From contig OX597817.1 of the NCBI GenBank assembly GCA_951406725.2, positions 146,630,001 through 146,694,000 of the forward strand: a DNA stretch of 64,000 nucleotides, read 5' to 3'. Positions 61,480-64,000 of this stretch are shown piece by piece. The notes beneath the pieces were generated by a model. It saw nothing but the letters and a program-made list of their open reading frames with translations. It ran no database searches and was not told the origin of the DNA. The stretch's first letter is position 1, and the number at the start of each line of letters is the position of its first letter. This DNA comes from Octopus vulgaris. Lineage: Eukaryota. The translations under genes and the position numbers were made by a program.

Positions 61480-64000
61480 CTACCTCTGGTCCCATGCTGT
61501 AGTGCTGACAGGGAAAGTGATGTGAGGGCAAATCGAAGTGAAGTTGATACCCCCGTCAGCGATGCTATCTCTGATACCCCTTATTCTGCTTGTTCCCCAA
61601 CTCCCGCCCCTCAGACTTCACAGCTCAGCATCGTCTACACCAACTCGTGCTCCTTATTCCCAAAGTTCAGTGAACTATTTACACTGGCCATACGTGACTC
61701 CCCTGATGTGATAGCTATCACCGAGACTTGGCTGACTCCAGCAGTAAAGGACTCAGAAATCCACCTGCAGGGCTACGTCCTTTTCAGATGTGACAGAGGA
61801 AAAAGGCGAGGTGGAGGTGTTGCTGTGTATGTTAAGTCTGAGCACAAACCGTCCAGCGGTATTCTACCCACTAATGCTCAGCCTACAACAAAATTCGATG
61901 CCGTCTATTGCAAGCTGAGCCTATCTGAGTTTTGCCTGCCCGTGTTGGCTGTCTACAGGCCGCCTCTTGCCGACCCCCAGGACGATGCTCATCTACTCGA
62001 AGCGATAAGATTCGTTTCAGCTTCGCATGACTGGTACTAGGAGACTTCAACGCTCCCACGATCGATTGGCCCGCATCAATTTGTACAACATCTTCCCGGT
62101 TCGGCCAGGCCCTTCTTGACGTGGCTGAAGATTGTTTTCTATCGCAACATGTTGAATATCCGACAAGGCATCGGTCTGGGCAGCAGCCATCTATGCTAGA
62201 TCTGGTATTCTCCCGCTATCCAAGATCAGTGTCAGACGTATCTGTGTGCGCCCCTCTTGCCAAGAGTGATCATGCGGTCCTGAAGTTCATCATGCACACA
62301 ACTTTTTCTACGCCCACGACTACTTCGCTGCCACGTAGAGTCTTCTTTGCAATTAATCTTGAAATTCTAACCGAGGCTTCCGCGCTTCTGGACTGGCGAT
62401 CCCTGATGACGTTGTCCTCAGTTGACGAACTATAGTCATCCCTCAAAGCATATGTAATCTGTTTGACTGACCAGGCAGTTCCCGTTGGGCTTCCCAAGAG
62501 GAAGAAACACAAGCTCTGGGTGACGAAGAGGGTTAAACGAGAACGTCGACTCAGAGATATTGCTTGGGCTGAATTCAAAAATCTGGATTCGACTGCAGCT
62601 TTTGAGGTGTACAAAACTCAACGAGACCGAACCGTGAAAATCGAAAAGAAAGAACGCTTCAGTTATGAATACAAAATCGCGGCAAATGCCAGTAGCAATC
62701 CAAAAACCTTCTTTGCCCATGTCCAGCGGAATTCCCGCTTGAACAACCAGATTGCAACGTTGGTAGACTCAACAGGCGTATCGATTGAGGACCCTTATCA
62801 ACAGAGTCAATTATTTGCCGAGGCTTTTTCAACTATTTTCAAACAAGATGATGGTCGTGAACCCCCTCCATTTGATAGATCGGTACCTCCAATGCTTCGA
62901 TTGGTCATCACGCGGGACGAAGTCAAACGAGTTATTCAAGGCCTCGATGTCAACAAGGGTCACGGCCCTGACGGCATACACCCACGGGTTATCAAAGCGT
63001 TGGCTCCGGTCATCTGCGAGCCCTTAACACGACTATTCAATATGTCATTGGCGACGGGTGTTATACCTGCAGATTGGAGAACGGCGATAATCTGCCCAAT
63101 TTTCAAGAAAGGGAGCCGCGAAGACCCGCTTAACTATCGACCGGTTTCCCTTACATCAATAATCAGCAAGATGTTCGAAACCATCCTTAAGAAAAGTATG
63201 ATGCTCCACCTCCTAAACACAGCCTCTATCTCTGATTCCCAACACGGCTTCGTGCCGAAGAGATCATGCTTGACCAACTTACTAGTAATGGAAGAATTGG
63301 TGACGCGCATCCTCGATGATAGTGATGCTGTTGACATCGTTTTACTGGACTTTGCCAAAGCTTTTGACTCGGTAAACCACCGCCTATTACTTGTCAAGCT
63401 TCAAGCATATAGTTTCCATCCGGATATTGTACGATGGGTTGGTGCCTTCCTCTCAGATCGCTCCTTCCAAGTCCAAGTTAATGGTTCGCGGTCCGACGTC
63501 TCCAATGCGAGCAGTGGCGTGCCTCAAGGTTCAGTGCTTGGGCCCTTGTTGTTCTTAGTCTTCATAAATGACTTGCCCGACGACCTCACGCAACACACCC
63601 TTCTATTTGCCGACGATATCAAACTGGTCGCTCCTCGCGGTAATATAGAGGATCTTCGTCGATGCCTCCACCAAATTTGGAAGTGGTCTAACGATTGGGA
63701 CCTGTGTCTGAACGTGTCAAAGTGCTGTCATCTGCCTGTCGGCTCTACTCCTGCAACTCAACTTGATTTCGAGCCGGGTCGTCTGCTGCTGGAGAGGACC
63801 GATCAGGTAAAGGACCTAGGTATCTTGGTGGATTCCTCCTTTTCGCCTTCGGCCCAGTGCGTCCATGCTGCCAACAAAGCACGCGGAATTCTGTTCTTGA
63901 TTCGACGGTCATTCGGAATGCTCACAGCAGCCATATTCCTACCACTCTATGTCAAGCTGGTGAGACCCATATTGGAGTATGGGATTCAAGCCTCTTCTCC
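61480..64000 (+). mobile_element. CR1-group LINE ORF2 (APE endonuclease + reverse transcriptase), running off the window end
   Basis: YTNSCSL..IAITETWL..RRGGGVAVY..VLGDFNAP..SDH; NYRPVSLTS..QHGF..LDFAKAFDSVNH..GVPQGSVLGP..LFADDIKL. One frameshift near 62030 and one TAG at 62433. Confidence 0.95.

Noticed and set aside
62270-63397. Minus-strand ORFs over the CR1 LINE
   Set aside because: Antisense shadows of ORF2.

Overview
AT-rich, repeat-dense animal genomic DNA. The SINE, MITE and microsatellite content looks like a coleoid cephalopod, probably Octopus (inferred, not shown). From 2.7 to 43.1 kb the + strand carries an Exportin-T (XPOT/Los1) gene. I traced 24 GT-AG coding exons by hand with consistent phases: 2737 nt, about 911 aa ending in TFFSSLKS*, with roughly the first 48 aa lying upstream of the window. 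The introns hold tRNA-derived SINEs, RTE-LINE 3' modules, and TTAA (piggyBac-like), hAT and Tc1-type MITEs. From 47 to 64 kb the DNA is intergenic, retains more CpG, and contains RTE, DD37E Tc1-like, DD34D mariner, Penelope GIY-YIG and CR1-group LINE remnants. The most notable signal is a set of minimal type-I hammerhead-ribozyme motifs of the Penelope type. They fall into (a) a multi-copy element joining a tRNA-like Pol III head to a hammerhead, with inverted head-to-head 5' ends in two loci, and (b) five or more further hammerhead motifs at 52.6-61.1 kb around a decayed Penelope endonuclease, several with very long stem II arms or a non-canonical core. All RNA structures were read by eye and none has been tested for activity.
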